61,064 nucleotides of DNA from an uncultured Micavibrio sp. (GTDB lineage Bacteria; Pseudomonadota; Alphaproteobacteria; Micavibrionales; Micavibrionaceae), in assembly GCA_964423095.1 (NCBI GenBank), contig CAYRDI010000006.1, positions 1 through 61,064 of the forward strand. The letters are read 5' to 3'. The notes below the pieces were generated by a model that saw only the letters and a list, made by a program, of their open reading frames with translations, was not told the origin of the DNA and ran no database searches. Below, piece by piece: positions 44,757-54,582 of the stretch (position 1 is the first letter of the stretch; the number at the start of each line of letters is the position of its first letter). Position numbers and translations under genes: made by a program.

Positions 44757-47264
44757 CTAATTATCCCGTGATAGCCTGCGTTCCGGTGCTTCAAGTTGTG
44801 CGGAAATGGTTGTACCGCGCAAACCCACCGGAACGGCCTTGGCATCGGCGAGCTTGCGGGCAAAGGTGGCAGAGGGTGTCATTTCGCTGTTTTTGCCGAC
44901 GGTCGCGGCAATGGCATATCCCGCGACCTTTAAAAAGCTGTCGTAGTTGTCCCAATAAAGCATCTTCCAGAGATTTTTCAGCGGCGTGAAGCTGGTGGTG
45001 CCATGGCCGCGGCCTTTGGCGCGCCAACCTGTTACTTTTCCCGTGGTCACGGCAAAGGGATAGATGCGTTGCGGTGTCAGGCCGATATGGCTGTAGTAAC
45101 TTTCGCCCATACGCGAAACACATTCAATCGGCACTTCGAATTTTTCGGCAATGTATTTGCGCGCCAGTTCAAAATTCGTGATTTCCTTGGGCAACGGCAT
45201 GCTGGGGCAGGTCAGGATATATCCGTTGCCTTTGTATCGTTGCGGAACGGGCAGATAATCTTCGATAAAACCGGCCATTACTTCGCCGTTGATGCGTCTT
45301 GTCAACGGCAAGATCACGGCAGTGTTTTGCGATTGGTCTTCTTGCAGGATGAATTCCATTTCACGGGAGGCAAGGCCGGTGATGCTGCCTTTGTTCTGCC
45401 CTTCATCGACAAATATGGAATGTGTGGTGCGGATTTGCCCCGCCGTTCCGCGGATTTCCTTGAACCGGTGATCGTGCTGCGCGAGTTTATCGACAATGTC
45501 TTTTAACCGCGAAATATGCTCCGGCTCTTCGGTTTGCAGGTTCAAGGGGCAATCGGCCCAGGCTTCGTAGGGTATTTCAAGTTTTTCGTAGAGCGCGAGG
45601 ATCTGCATTTCCAGTCGGCTGCTCGGGATCAATCCGATGCCGATCGCGTTCAGGATGCGTTGCGCGTCCACTTCGCGGATTTTTCCGGTGGTTGAAAATC
45701 CCGTGATGTCGGCCAGAACGTGGCGCGGCGTGATGGGCCCATCGGGAGCTTGCACTTGCAAATATTTTGTTTGTATCCGTTCGTCGATATGGTCGGGCGC
45801 GGGGTAGAATCCGGGGCCGTCTTCAACTTCTTTTCCCGGAATGATTTTCAGGCCGAGAAAATCCCGTGCGAAATTGAACGTGGATTTTGTATCGCCGGGT
45901 TTCAGGCTTTCAAAAACATCATACGGCATGGCAACGGCTTCGGTCATGTGTCCGGACCAGCGTTTACCATCGATATTGGGGCCGCTGCGCGGTACGGCGT
46001 TGACCAGGCCGCGGGGCAGTCCGTCATGGATAAAAATGTGCAGCTTGTTCCCTTCGGCAATCCGGTAGGGGAGGATTTCGACGATTTCCTGATCCCGGCT
46101 GACGACATCATGGATCCGGCCTTCAAGTTCATCGCGCATGGCGGAAATGCGCAAGGTGCGTTTGGCGTTCCGTGAAGGACGCCGTTCCAGAAGATTGAGT
46201 GATTTTTTTTCGCCGACCTTTTGCGCCAGCGTGATAAAGCTGGTTGGCGGGTTTCCAAGCATTTTGCCGCTTTCGTCGAACAGCTTGAATTTTTTATCGA
46301 AGCGGGCCTTTAAAATTTGTTGGTCCCAGTGCGGTGCGGTGTAAAGAAGACGCGCATCATATGCCTTGATCAGGCGGCGCATATCGCGTTCGGTCAGGAA
46401 GGCGTACTCCTTATGCAGTTCTTCTTCCCAATATTCGCGGTCGTCTTTGCGTAGGATGAATTCATACGCCCATTTGTAGGGAAGGCGGAATAGCCGCGTT
46501 TGCGGAAAGCGTGGTGGTAATTCTTCCAGATAGAATCCGCGATAGGTCATGTCTTCGCGCGGGCGGGCTTTTTCCGAATACTGGATCAACAATTCCGGTT
46601 CCGAAAGGCCGAAAATCCCATTCGATGTATCCGATCTTTCATCGGGCATTTCCAGCAAAACATAGGAGCTTTCCGGCAGCGAAAAGTCGCGGATAAACAA
46701 AAGACCGTCCGGTTTTAGAATACGAAAATGGTTTTCGATGATTTCTTCGACGATCCGTTCATTGCAATGCGTATGGGAATAGACTTCATGCAGGATGAAG
46801 GAATTGATGATGGCATCCACGGAATTGTCGGGCAGGACATCATGACTGCCGACATCGCCGCAAATGAATTCAAGGTTGGGTAATTGATAGAGATCGCGCG
46901 CCTGACGCACCAGATTGCGGTCATGGTCGATACCGATAAATTTATAATCGGGGTTCATAACGGCCATAGCAAAAACGGTGGAACCGTCCGCGCTGCCCAT
47001 ATCCACGATTTTCGATCCGGGTGCCAGCACAAGGTGGGACATGGTGAACCATGCCTTGCGGATCACGGCGTCTGGTACGGCGTTCAACAGGGCCTTATAT
47101 TCGGCCATGGCTTCTTCGGGGTTTTTCGGTGCGGCAGCGGGAGTCAAAGGCGGGCCGTTTTCGGGTCCGCTGATAATCTTGATCTGGTTTTTTAACGTCC
47201 TTGTCTGGCCCATTTTTTCCCGAATATGCTTCGTGGGGTCAGCAGCTTTTCGGTGGTGGTCCAC
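44757..47264 (-). CDS. Large methyltransferase-domain fusion protein (835 aa), C-terminal two-thirds uncharacterised
   Basis: The N-terminal class I MTase has motif I IVDMGSADGS, then VDAIINSFILHEV and LKPDGLLFI. The remaining roughly 600 aa have no recognised domain but show an internal duplication (see findings). An alternative start is at 47213. Confidence 0.78.
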   Translation of the reverse strand: MDHHRKAADPTKHIREKMGQTRTLKNQIKIISGPENGPPLTPAAAPKNPEEAMAEYKALLNAVPDAVIRKAWFTMSHLVLAPGSKIVDMGSADGSTVFAMAVMNPDYKFIGIDHDRNLVRQARDLYQLPNLEFICGDVGSHDVLPDNSVDAIINSFILHEVYSHTHCNERIVEEIIENHFRILKPDGLLFIRDFSLPESSYVLLEMPDERSDTSNGIFGLSEPELLIQYSEKARPREDMTYRGFYLEELPPRFPQTRLFRLPYKWAYEFILRKDDREYWEEELHKEYAFLTERDMRRLIKAYDARLLYTAPHWDQQILKARFDKKFKLFDESGKMLGNPPTSFITLAQKVGEKKSLNLLERRPSRNAKRTLRISAMRDELEGRIHDVVSRDQEIVEILPYRIAEGNKLHIFIHDGLPRGLVNAVPRSGPNIDGKRWSGHMTEAVAMPYDVFESLKPGDTKSTFNFARDFLGLKIIPGKEVEDGPGFYPAPDHIDERIQTKYLQVQAPDGPITPRHVLADITGFSTTGKIREVDAQRILNAIGIGLIPSSRLEMQILALYEKLEIPYEAWADCPLNLQTEEPEHISRLKDIVDKLAQHDHRFKEIRGTAGQIRTTHSIFVDEGQNKGSITGLASREMEFILQEDQSQNTAVILPLTRRINGEVMAGFIEDYLPVPQRYKGNGYILTCPSMPLPKEITNFELARKYIAEKFEVPIECVSRMGESYYSHIGLTPQRIYPFAVTTGKVTGWRAKGRGHGTTSFTPLKNLWKMLYWDNYDSFLKVAGYAIAATVGKNSEMTPSATFARKLADAKAVPVGLRGTTISAQLEAPERRLSRDN

Positions 47265-47391
47265 CGTTATAAGTTGTATTTCCGCCGATCCTGAAACTTG
47301 TAGGGACGTTTATGCAAAAAGTAAAGAAAATTGTTGAAAACGGGGTTGTTAACAATATGAAATTATTATTTTATTCCATATAGTTGCAGAG

Positions 47392-48129
47392 ATGTATTCA
47401 CTTAAGAAAATAATGGATTACGTCCTGCCACCCAGATGCCCGATTTCAGGGGAAATCGTGGATTCGCAAGGCGCGGTTTCGCCGCAGGCATGGGCGGGGC
47501 TTTCGTTTATCGCAGCGCCTTATTGTGACGCGTGCGGCTTTCCGTTCGAATTTGCGATGCCCCAAAATGCCGGTCCGGCCCTGTGTCCGGCCTGTCAGGG
47601 AGATCCGCCGCCCTTTGCCAAGGCACGCGCGGCCCTACGCTATGATGATGCCAGCCGGCCGTTCATTTTGGGGTTCAAACATGGCGACCAGACTCAATCT
47701 GTGGTTTCGATGGTGCCGTGGCTGCGCGCGGCGGGCGCGGATTTCTGGGGACAGGCCGATCTGGTGATGCCCGTGCCGCTCCACCGCTGGCGGCTTTTAC
47801 GGCGGCGGTACAATCAGGCGGTGCTGATGGGGGCGGCGATTGCCAAGGACCGGTCGTTGAAATTTATACCGGATGGATTGATCCGTTCGCGGGCAACGCC
47901 GACGCAAGGGCATTTGAATGCGGGGGAACGGGAAAAGAATGTGCGTAAAGCCTTCGCCATCAATCCCGTTCGAAAAAAGAACATACAGGGCGCGAAAATA
48001 GTTCTGGTCGATGATGTATTCACCACCGGTGCGACGGTGAAGGAATGCACGAAAGAATTGTTGAAAGAAGGTGCGGCCGAGGTGTTTGTGTTGTCGTTGG
48101 CGCGGGTTGTTCGGCCCACGCGGTTATAA
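47392..48129 (+). CDS. comF: ComF family protein (double zinc-ribbon plus phosphoribosyltransferase domain)
   Basis: N-terminal CP..G.....C..C....C..C Cys pairs and the PRT motif IVLVDDVFTTGATV. Confidence 0.85.
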   Translation: MYSLKKIMDYVLPPRCPISGEIVDSQGAVSPQAWAGLSFIAAPYCDACGFPFEFAMPQNAGPALCPACQGDPPPFAKARAALRYDDASRPFILGFKHGDQTQSVVSMVPWLRAAGADFWGQADLVMPVPLHRWRLLRRRYNQAVLMGAAIAKDRSLKFIPDGLIRSRATPTQGHLNAGEREKNVRKAFAINPVRKKNIQGAKIVLVDDVFTTGATVKECTKELLKEGAAEVFVLSLARVVRPTRL

Positions 48130-49356
48130 CGGTTTTCCGGTAACCAGCCGCCCGTCGTCCATGGACGGGACGAGCCCCTGAGTCATCACGAGATGTTTGA
48201 GGGGCGGGATTTTTTCCAGAGTCTTTAATCCGATGCGACGCAAATCCTTGATGGCGGCAATGTCATTGGCCACTGCGCGGTTAAGCCCGTCAATGCCGAT
48301 CACATGGGACTGAATGTCCAGGGACCGCCGCCTTTCATACCGGTCCAGCACGCCTTTCGCGCCGATGTCTTCGCCCATCCGCGCGGCATCGGTGATGGTT
48401 TCGGCCAAAGCCGCGACATCACGCAAGGAAAGGTTCAGGCCTTGCGCGCCGATCGGACTCATTACATGCGCGGCTTCGGCTGCCAGTGCCGCGCGTTCTC
48501 CCGTCAAACGCCGTGCGTTGAGCAACATCAATGGCCAGCTTTCAGGGCTGGATTTCAAGGTGATGGTGCCGAGTAAACCGCGGCTGCGATCCTGTATGGC
48601 CCGTTGGTATTCATCGCGTTTCATGGCGAGGAATTTTTTGGCGTCCTCTGTTTTTTCAACCCACACAACACTGCTTTGCTGGCCGGGCATGGGAACCAGC
48701 GTGAAGGGGCCGCCGGAGCGGTGGAATTCCGTCGATGTAAAATGGTGCGGTTTCGTATGTTCGATCAGGCACGTCATCGCCATTTGCGTGTAGTCGTGTT
48801 TTTTTGCATCGATCCCTGCAACACTGCGGACGATGGAGCCGCGTCCGTCCGTGCCGATCATCATTTTTGCCGTGATGGTTTTTCCATCTTCGGTTTTGGC
48901 CGCAACCGTTTGCCCGTTGATGTCGTAATTTTGTAGCCGCGCAGGGGCGAGGTGGTGGATGTTTTTGGTTTTACGAACCTTTTCAGACAGAACCGATTTT
49001 AACAGCGCGTTGGGTATGTTGAATCCAAACTGGTCTTCGCCGGCCTCTACCGCGTGAAAGGCAACTGTAATGCGGTCCTTTTCCTGCGCGGCGTCATCGA
49101 CGATCCGCATGGTTTTGAGCGGTGTAACTTTCCCCTCAAGCGCGGGCCAGATTCCCGTGGCTTTGAGGATGTTGACCGAACTGTTCAAAAGGGCGAGGGT
49201 GCGGCCCGAAGGGCGGGATGTGTCCACGGGGGCGGGTGCTTCCGCATCGACCAGAACTACATCAAAGCCCGCGCCGGCCAGCAGCAGGGAAAGCGTCATT
49301 CCCGCCGGCCCCGCGCCGGAAACCACAATATCCGCATTCAGGTCTTTTGTTTCCAT
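48124..49356 (-). CDS. UbiH/UbiF/VisC/COQ6-family FAD-dependent hydroxylase
   Basis: 410 aa. GAGPAGMTLSLLLA dinucleotide fold, DGRGS, and the GERAALAAEAAHVMSPIGAQGLNL block. Confidence 0.88.
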   Translation of the reverse strand: METKDLNADIVVSGAGPAGMTLSLLLAGAGFDVVLVDAEAPAPVDTSRPSGRTLALLNSSVNILKATGIWPALEGKVTPLKTMRIVDDAAQEKDRITVAFHAVEAGEDQFGFNIPNALLKSVLSEKVRKTKNIHHLAPARLQNYDINGQTVAAKTEDGKTITAKMMIGTDGRGSIVRSVAGIDAKKHDYTQMAMTCLIEHTKPHHFTSTEFHRSGGPFTLVPMPGQQSSVVWVEKTEDAKKFLAMKRDEYQRAIQDRSRGLLGTITLKSSPESWPLMLLNARRLTGERAALAAEAAHVMSPIGAQGLNLSLRDVAALAETITDAARMGEDIGAKGVLDRYERRRSLDIQSHVIGIDGLNRAVANDIAAIKDLRRIGLKTLEKIPPLKHLVMTQGLVPSMDDGRLVTGKPL

Positions 49357-49402
49357 GGAAAATACCTATATTGCTATTTTGTCGTTCGGGAAAGGAAAAG
49401 CA

Positions 49403-49660
49403 ATGGCCAAAGTCGAGATTTATACCACCAAAGTCTGCCCTTATTGCGTGCGGGCCAAAAACCTGCTGAACGCCAAGGACGTGGATTTCGCCGAACATGA
49501 TCTTACGGGCGATGATGCGGGCCGCGAAGCCTTGCTGAAAAGAAGCAACGGAATGCGTACCGTGCCGCAAATTTTTATCAATGACCGCCATATCGGCGGG
49601 TGTGATAATTTGTACGAACTGGAAGAAAAAGGCGAACTGGACGCGCTTCTGGCCCAATGA
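49403..49660 (+). CDS. grxC: Glutaredoxin 3
   Basis: 85 aa. CPYC active site, TVPQIFI and GGCD motifs. Confidence 0.92.
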   Translation: MAKVEIYTTKVCPYCVRAKNLLNAKDVDFAEHDLTGDDAGREALLKRSNGMRTVPQIFINDRHIGGCDNLYELEEKGELDALLAQ

Positions 49661-50478
49661 AAATAAAAGCAGCCATTATCCAAACGAATGTCGGCCCCGC
49701 GATCGAAGACAATCTTCGTGACGTGGGCGCATTGATCCGTGCGGCAGCGGGAGAGGGAGCCACGTTCATTGCAACACCGGAAAATACGTGCCGGATGCGG
49801 GCAAAACTTGAAGACAAGCTGGCCACGTCTTACCAAGAACAAGACCATCCGGCGATCCCGTATTACGCGGCACTGGCAAAAGAATTGTCGGTGACACTCC
49901 TGATCGGGTCGGTTTCTTCGATCCGCGTGGAAGGCGGCAAGCTCGCCAACCGGTCGTTCCTGTTCGGTAAAGACGGCAACGTGGTGGCCACCTATGACAA
50001 AATCCACATGTTCGATGTCGATTTGCCCAATGGCGATCAATACCGAGAAAGCGAATCCAACCGCGCGGGGACCAAAATCGTTCTGGCGGAGGTCGATGGT
50101 ACGAAGATCGGGATGAGCATTTGTTACGATGTCCGCTTTCCGGCCCTGTACCGGACACTGGCCCAAAAGGGGGCGCAGATTTTGACCATCCCGGCCGCCT
50201 TTACGGTCCCGACCGGGCAGGCGCATTGGGAGGTTTTGCTCCGTGCCCGCGCCATTGAAAACGGTGCGTTTGTTCTGGCTCCTGCCCAGGTTGGGGTGCA
50301 TGAGGGCGGGCGGGCCACGTACGGCCATTCCATGATAATATCCCCATGGGGGCAAATTTTAGCGGAAATTCAAGGGGATAGACCGGGATATGTCTGTGCG
50401 CAACTGGATATGGGGGATGTGGATAAGGCAAGAGCAGCGATTCCCAGCCTGCGCCACGACACAAAAATGGTGAATTAA
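49657..50478 (+). CDS. Carbon-nitrogen hydrolase (nitrilase superfamily, Nit-like)
   Basis: 273 aa. E-K-C triad contexts ATPEN, KIHMFD and MSICYDVRFP. Confidence 0.88.
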   Translation: MKIKAAIIQTNVGPAIEDNLRDVGALIRAAAGEGATFIATPENTCRMRAKLEDKLATSYQEQDHPAIPYYAALAKELSVTLLIGSVSSIRVEGGKLANRSFLFGKDGNVVATYDKIHMFDVDLPNGDQYRESESNRAGTKIVLAEVDGTKIGMSICYDVRFPALYRTLAQKGAQILTIPAAFTVPTGQAHWEVLLRARAIENGAFVLAPAQVGVHEGGRATYGHSMIISPWGQILAEIQGDRPGYVCAQLDMGDVDKARAAIPSLRHDTKMVN

Positions 50479-50523
50479 CCATTGGTTCTGGAATTTTAAC
50501 GCTTTGGGCGTTATAATAGCACT

Positions 50524-50823
50524 ATGTCAGATATAGGAAATTATCTGGGAGCAAGTTTGCTCGAAACAGGCAGAAACGCCTTCCAATCCAGCAAGTATGG
50601 CCGGATCGGTCTTTCTTCGTCTTCCCGCCAGCAGCTTGAGAGCTTTTTTAACAACGCCACCACGTTGTTCAATACGCTCTACACCAATGCCGAAACGCAG
50701 GAAGCCAACAATATCAAGCAAATTCTGGCCCTGCGCTCCAAATACAAATATCTGGTGTCTGAAAATGTGACCGCAACGGCGGCGTCAACGACCACTGGAA
50801 CTAAGGTCGATACTGCGGCATAA
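50524..50823 (+). CDS. Hypothetical small protein (Ser/Thr/Asn-rich)
   Basis: 99-aa ORF 10 nt upstream of the DUF853 gene. A TATAAT-like element at about 50509 precedes it. No family recognised. Confidence 0.4.
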   Translation: MSDIGNYLGASLLETGRNAFQSSKYGRIGLSSSSRQQLESFFNNATTLFNTLYTNAETQEANNIKQILALRSKYKYLVSENVTATAASTTTGTKVDTAA

Positions 50824-50832
50824 TGCCGTCCC

Positions 50833-52314
50833 ATGAGCAGCAATGATATTTTTATCGGTGCCGAAAACGGCAACACCGAATTCAAACAATACGTTCCATT
50901 GAAATACGCAAACCGCCACGGTTTGATCGCGGGGGCAACCGGTACGGGAAAGACCGTGACGTTGCAGGCCATGGCCGAAGGTTTTTCCAAGGCAGGCGTA
51001 CCCGTGTTCATGGCGGATGTGAAGGGGGATCTGGGTGGCGTGTGCCAACCATCTGCGGGGCAGGATTTTATTGCCAAACGGAATGAGTTGATCGGTTTTA
51101 CCGATTACAGGACGCAGGCCTTTCCGGTCGCGTTTTGGGATTTGTATGCGGAAAAAGGCCATGCCGTCCGCACGACGATTTCGGAAATCGGCCCCGTTCT
51201 TCTGGCCCGCATGCTGGAATTAAACGATACGCAAGAAGGGGTTTTGAACATCGCCTTCCGCCACGCGGATGAAGAGGGCCTGCTGTTGATGGATTTGAAA
51301 GACCTGCGCGCTCTTTTAAATTTAATCCACGAAAATGCATCGGAAATATCCAAAGAATACGGACAAGTCAGCAAGCCATCGATTGCGACCATCCAGCGCG
51401 CGCTGCTGCGTCTGGAAGATCAGGGGGCCGATCAGTTTTTCGGGGAGCCGGCGTTACAATTGTCAGATCTGATGCGCACGGACATGGACGGGAAGGGGTA
51501 TGTGAATATTCTGGCTGCGGAAAAGCTGATGAACGCGCCGCGTCTTTATTCCACGTTTCTGCTGTGGTTGTTGTCGGAATTGTTCGAAGATTTGCCCGAA
51601 GCGGGGGATCTGGAAAAACCCAAGCTGGTATTTTTCTTTGATGAAGCGCACCTGCTCTTTACCGATGCGCCCAAATCCCTGCTTGAAAAAATTGAACAGG
51701 TCGTGCGTTTGATCCGGTCAAAAGGCGTCGGGATATATTTTGTAACGCAAAATCCGCAAGATATTCCCGATAGCGTTCTGGGTCAGCTCGGCAACCGTGT
51801 GCAGCACGCGCTCCGTGCCTTTACTCCTCAGCAACAGACCTTCATCAAAAAAGCGGCGCAGACCTATCGCGCCAACCCTGCTTTTTCCGTGGACGCCGTC
51901 ATTCCAGAACTCGGCGTGGGGGAGGCTTTGGTGTCCACGTTGGAGGAAAAAGGTGCGCCTTCCATGGTGCGGCGTATTTACATTCGCCCGCCGGAATCAA
52001 AGGTCGGCCCCTGTTCGCCGGATGCCGCGCAGATGGCGATGAGGGCCGATGGGATCGGCGGGAGGTACGACAAGGCCCAAGACCGTGAAAGCGCGTATGA
52101 AATACTGACCCGTAAGGCTGAGGCCGCCACCAAACAGGCACAAAGCGCGCAGGAAGAGGCGGCAAATGCCAAGACGGCGAAACCCGGACGTGCGCGCGAA
52201 GGGCTTGGTGAAGCCGCCATGAAATCCGTGATCCGTGCCGCAAGCTCTTCGGTCGGGCGGACCATCGCGCGTGAATTGCTCCGCGGTGTGATGGGGTCGC
52301 TTTCGCGGCGATAG
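50833..52314 (+). CDS. DUF853 / HerA-like P-loop ATPase (YjgR family)
   Basis: 493 aa. Walker A GATGTGKT, Walker [14 protein letters not shown], and a C-terminal basic region. Confidence 0.86.
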   Translation: MSSNDIFIGAENGNTEFKQYVPLKYANRHGLIAGATGTGKTVTLQAMAEGFSKAGVPVFMADVKGDLGGVCQPSAGQDFIAKRNELIGFTDYRTQAFPVAFWDLYAEKGHAVRTTISEIGPVLLARMLELNDTQEGVLNIAFRHADEEGLLLMDLKDLRALLNLIHENASEISKEYGQVSKPSIATIQRALLRLEDQGADQFFGEPALQLSDLMRTDMDGKGYVNILAAEKLMNAPRLYSTFLLWLLSELFEDLPEAGDLEKPKLVFFFDEAHLLFTDAPKSLLEKIEQVVRLIRSKGVGIYFVTQNPQDIPDSVLGQLGNRVQHALRAFTPQQQTFIKKAAQTYRANPAFSVDAVIPELGVGEALVSTLEEKGAPSMVRRIYIRPPESKVGPCSPDAAQMAMRADGIGGRYDKAQDRESAYEILTRKAEAATKQAQSAQEEAANAKTAKPGRAREGLGEAAMKSVIRAASSSVGRTIARELLRGVMGSLSRR

Positions 52315-52316
52315 GG

Positions 52317-52637
52317 TCAGGCCAGCCGTTCCAGCGGCACGCCCAATGCTTTGGCAATCGATTTCAAGGAACGGATGGAACCTTCCTTCCGGCCCGTTTC
52401 GATTTCGGTCAGATAGGGGCGCGATAACCCGGACGCCGCCGCAAGGTCTTCTTGCGTCATGCCGCGATGTTTGCGGATCGTTTTGATCGGATGTTCTTTC
52501 GCCAGCGCTATTTTTTGCAGGATCTCGGCGGGCAGGCCGTCATCGCCTTCGCCGTTTTTTAATTGCGTGTAATCATGAAGCGGCACCAGAACATGGGGTT
52601 TTCCGGCAATGTGGATGATGTCGTACTGCATGGGCAT
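52317..52637 (-). CDS. XRE-family HTH protein, antitoxin-like
   Basis: I use the 106-aa version starting at MPMQYD. C-terminal HTH IRKHRGMTQEDLAAASGLSRPYLTEIETGRKEGSIRSLKSIAKALGV. The N-terminal IIHIAGKPHVLVPLHDY segment resembles antitoxin N-domains. No toxin partner is seen. Confidence 0.65.
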   Translation of the reverse strand: MPMQYDIIHIAGKPHVLVPLHDYTQLKNGEGDDGLPAEILQKIALAKEHPIKTIRKHRGMTQEDLAAASGLSRPYLTEIETGRKEGSIRSLKSIAKALGVPLERLA

Positions 52638-52677
52638 TGTCTCCTGCAGCGACAATCCTATCACCGAATGGCGGGCA

Positions 52678-53808
52678 TTAAAAGCGGGTGGTGAGGGTGA
52701 GGGAGCCGAAGATGGAATCTTTGTCCTGCCCGTCGAATTCCTTGGTGCGGTAGTTGGCGGTATAGGACAGGCGGTAATCGTGGAAGGTAAAGGCCACACC
52801 CGCGACCGCATCGCCGACCAGCAGCTTTTTATCCACGGACGGGGAATCTTTGAACGTGTTACCATCCAAAAAAATATTCCGCGCCATCAGACGGGCATCG
52901 GCACCGGTGAACAAATACCAGCTCCAGTCGTTCTCCGGCACATCGAAATATCCGGTCCCGGACATGGCGGGGCGCACGCGGGGCGGCGTATCCTGTAAAA
53001 CATCCTGATGGGGGCCGAAGGTCAGCATCACCCCCGTACCGGCATAGGTGTAAACATTTCCCAGACTGACATTGACATTGGGTTCGGCGTTCAGGCGGAG
53101 ATCATTCCCGAAATCCAGCGTCCACGCATTGTGAAATCCGCGCGGCCATCTGCGTTCCCATGACAAAATCACGCCTGGTTCAAACCCGATCTGGTGCGAC
53201 CATCCTTGCGGTTTTGGGGAATCGGTAATGTGTTTGTGAATGAAGGTCTGGGTCTGTTTTCCCAGAGCCTCCGGCCCCACCACGCCGAGCGTGATCTCCA
53301 GTTGGTCGATATGGTCTTTGGTGAGGGTGGCAAGCCCGACGGATCCGTATAACCACGCCGCATAGGGGCGGTCATCGGGGTCCGGCGTGGTTTCGATGAT
53401 GGAGGAGGGGGTGTAGAGATTCTGGCCCAGCGAGAAGAATGTGCTGGTGGTGGCATTGAGTTTGAATTCGGGAACGGCATCGGCCAGTTCATCGATGATC
53501 GGCGGGACGGTGCTGTTGACGTTGTAATAGGTCGCGCGCACACCGCTGGTGTAATAGCGGTCTTTGCCATCGCCGATCAGATCATTCTCGTACGAAAGGC
53601 TGAGGTAATTATCATACGGGGATTTAACAATGTGCCGCGTGGCTTCTTTTTCCGCTGCATCCGGTGCAGGTGCCGGAGCCGTGACTTCCTGTGCGGCGGC
53701 GTTAAGCGGCAACATCAAAAATAATCCCGCCGCGATGAGCGGCAGGATGGCTGTTGCCTTATTCAGCGGCCGCCGGAAATTTCGGTTGAACATATCGATC
53801 CCATGCAT
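52678..53808 (-). CDS. Outer-membrane LpxR/DUF2219-family protein (lipid A 3-O-deacylase-like)
   Basis: Signal peptide ending NAAAQE. YENDLIGDGKDRYYTSG, DDRPYAAWLY and PQGWSHQIG.EPG blocks match my recollection of LpxR. It ends in an aromatic residue (F), as beta-barrel proteins do. The likely start is 53793. It overlaps the FTR1 3' end. Confidence 0.65.
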   Translation of the reverse strand: MHGIDMFNRNFRRPLNKATAILPLIAAGLFLMLPLNAAAQEVTAPAPAPDAAEKEATRHIVKSPYDNYLSLSYENDLIGDGKDRYYTSGVRATYYNVNSTVPPIIDELADAVPEFKLNATTSTFFSLGQNLYTPSSIIETTPDPDDRPYAAWLYGSVGLATLTKDHIDQLEITLGVVGPEALGKQTQTFIHKHITDSPKPQGWSHQIGFEPGVILSWERRWPRGFHNAWTLDFGNDLRLNAEPNVNVSLGNVYTYAGTGVMLTFGPHQDVLQDTPPRVRPAMSGTGYFDVPENDWSWYLFTGADARLMARNIFLDGNTFKDSPSVDKKLLVGDAVAGVAFTFHDYRLSYTANYRTKEFDGQDKDSIFGSLTLTTRF

Positions 53809-54541
53809 AGGAGTACACTAACCACAGACACGGGACTGCCAACAAGGCAAAAGTGATTAGGTTCCCGATGGGCTCTCCCGGTTCAAAGGGTTCGCTCAAG
53901 GTATGCCATTTGAAATTGTCGATGAAAGGGACAGCCCCGACCTCGGTCAGTTCGTGGAACCCGTACATGAACAGGTGAACGCAGAACATAATCAGGAATA
54001 TGCCCGTTGCCTGCATGAAGAGTTTCAGGTTGATGCGGTGGCTTTGCTTGATCCAGATGTAGCCGATCATCCCTACGGCGGCAAAACCGAGCAGGGCCCC
54101 GACAATCAGGTTACCGCGGTTCATCGTGCCGGACATGGCACCCAGCATCATCGCCGTTTCCATACCTTCGCGCGCGATCATCAGGACGGTAAAGCCGAAC
54201 ACGCCCCATTGGGCGGCCGAGCCTTCTTTTTGGGCGTTGTTTTCCAGCTTGTTGTTGATGCTTGTGCGGATATTGGCCGAGGCGCGCATGACCGTATAGG
54301 TCATGGTGGCGACGAGAATACCCGCCGCAATGGCAAGCCCGCCTTCCATGTGCGGATCTTCGGCCAGTTCGGCGATGTGCCATCCGGTGGTAATGCTGAT
54401 GAGGGCCGCCGTTGCCACGCCCCAGTAAACAGGCTCTTTCAAATGCGCACGCCCCGTTTTGACCAGATAGGCCAGCATGATGGCGACGATCAGGAACATT
54501 TCCAGCCCTTCGCGGAAGGTGATGATGGCGGTTTCGAGCAT
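53759..54541 (-). CDS. FTR1-family iron permease
   Basis: 260 aa, about 7 TM, with two REGLE-type motifs (REGLEMF and REGMETA). Confidence 0.86.
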   Translation of the reverse strand: MLETAIITFREGLEMFLIVAIMLAYLVKTGRAHLKEPVYWGVATAALISITTGWHIAELAEDPHMEGGLAIAAGILVATMTYTVMRASANIRTSINNKLENNAQKEGSAAQWGVFGFTVLMIAREGMETAMMLGAMSGTMNRGNLIVGALLGFAAVGMIGYIWIKQSHRINLKLFMQATGIFLIMFCVHLFMYGFHELTEVGAVPFIDNFKWHTLSEPFEPGEPIGNLITFALLAVPCLWLVYSYAWDRYVQPKFPAAAE

Positions 54542-54563
54542 GGTGCAGGGACTCCTATTAAAT

Positions 54564-54582
54564 GATAGTGATTATCATTAAT
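54564..54582. promoter_or_regulatory. Fur-box-like palindrome upstream of FTR1 permease
   Basis: GATAGTGATTATCATTAAT matches the consensus GATAATGATAATCATTATC at 15 of 19 positions, by my hand alignment. It is embedded in the larger inverted repeat TTAAATGATA/TATCATTAAT, 23 nt upstream of the FTR1 ATG. Confidence 0.5.

Noticed and set aside
52317-52865. 182-aa version of the XRE-HTH ORF
   Set aside because: The N-terminal extension overlaps the 3' end of the LpxR-like gene in another frame and is Pro/Ser/Arg-rich. The 106-aa version from MPMQYD is self-sufficient.
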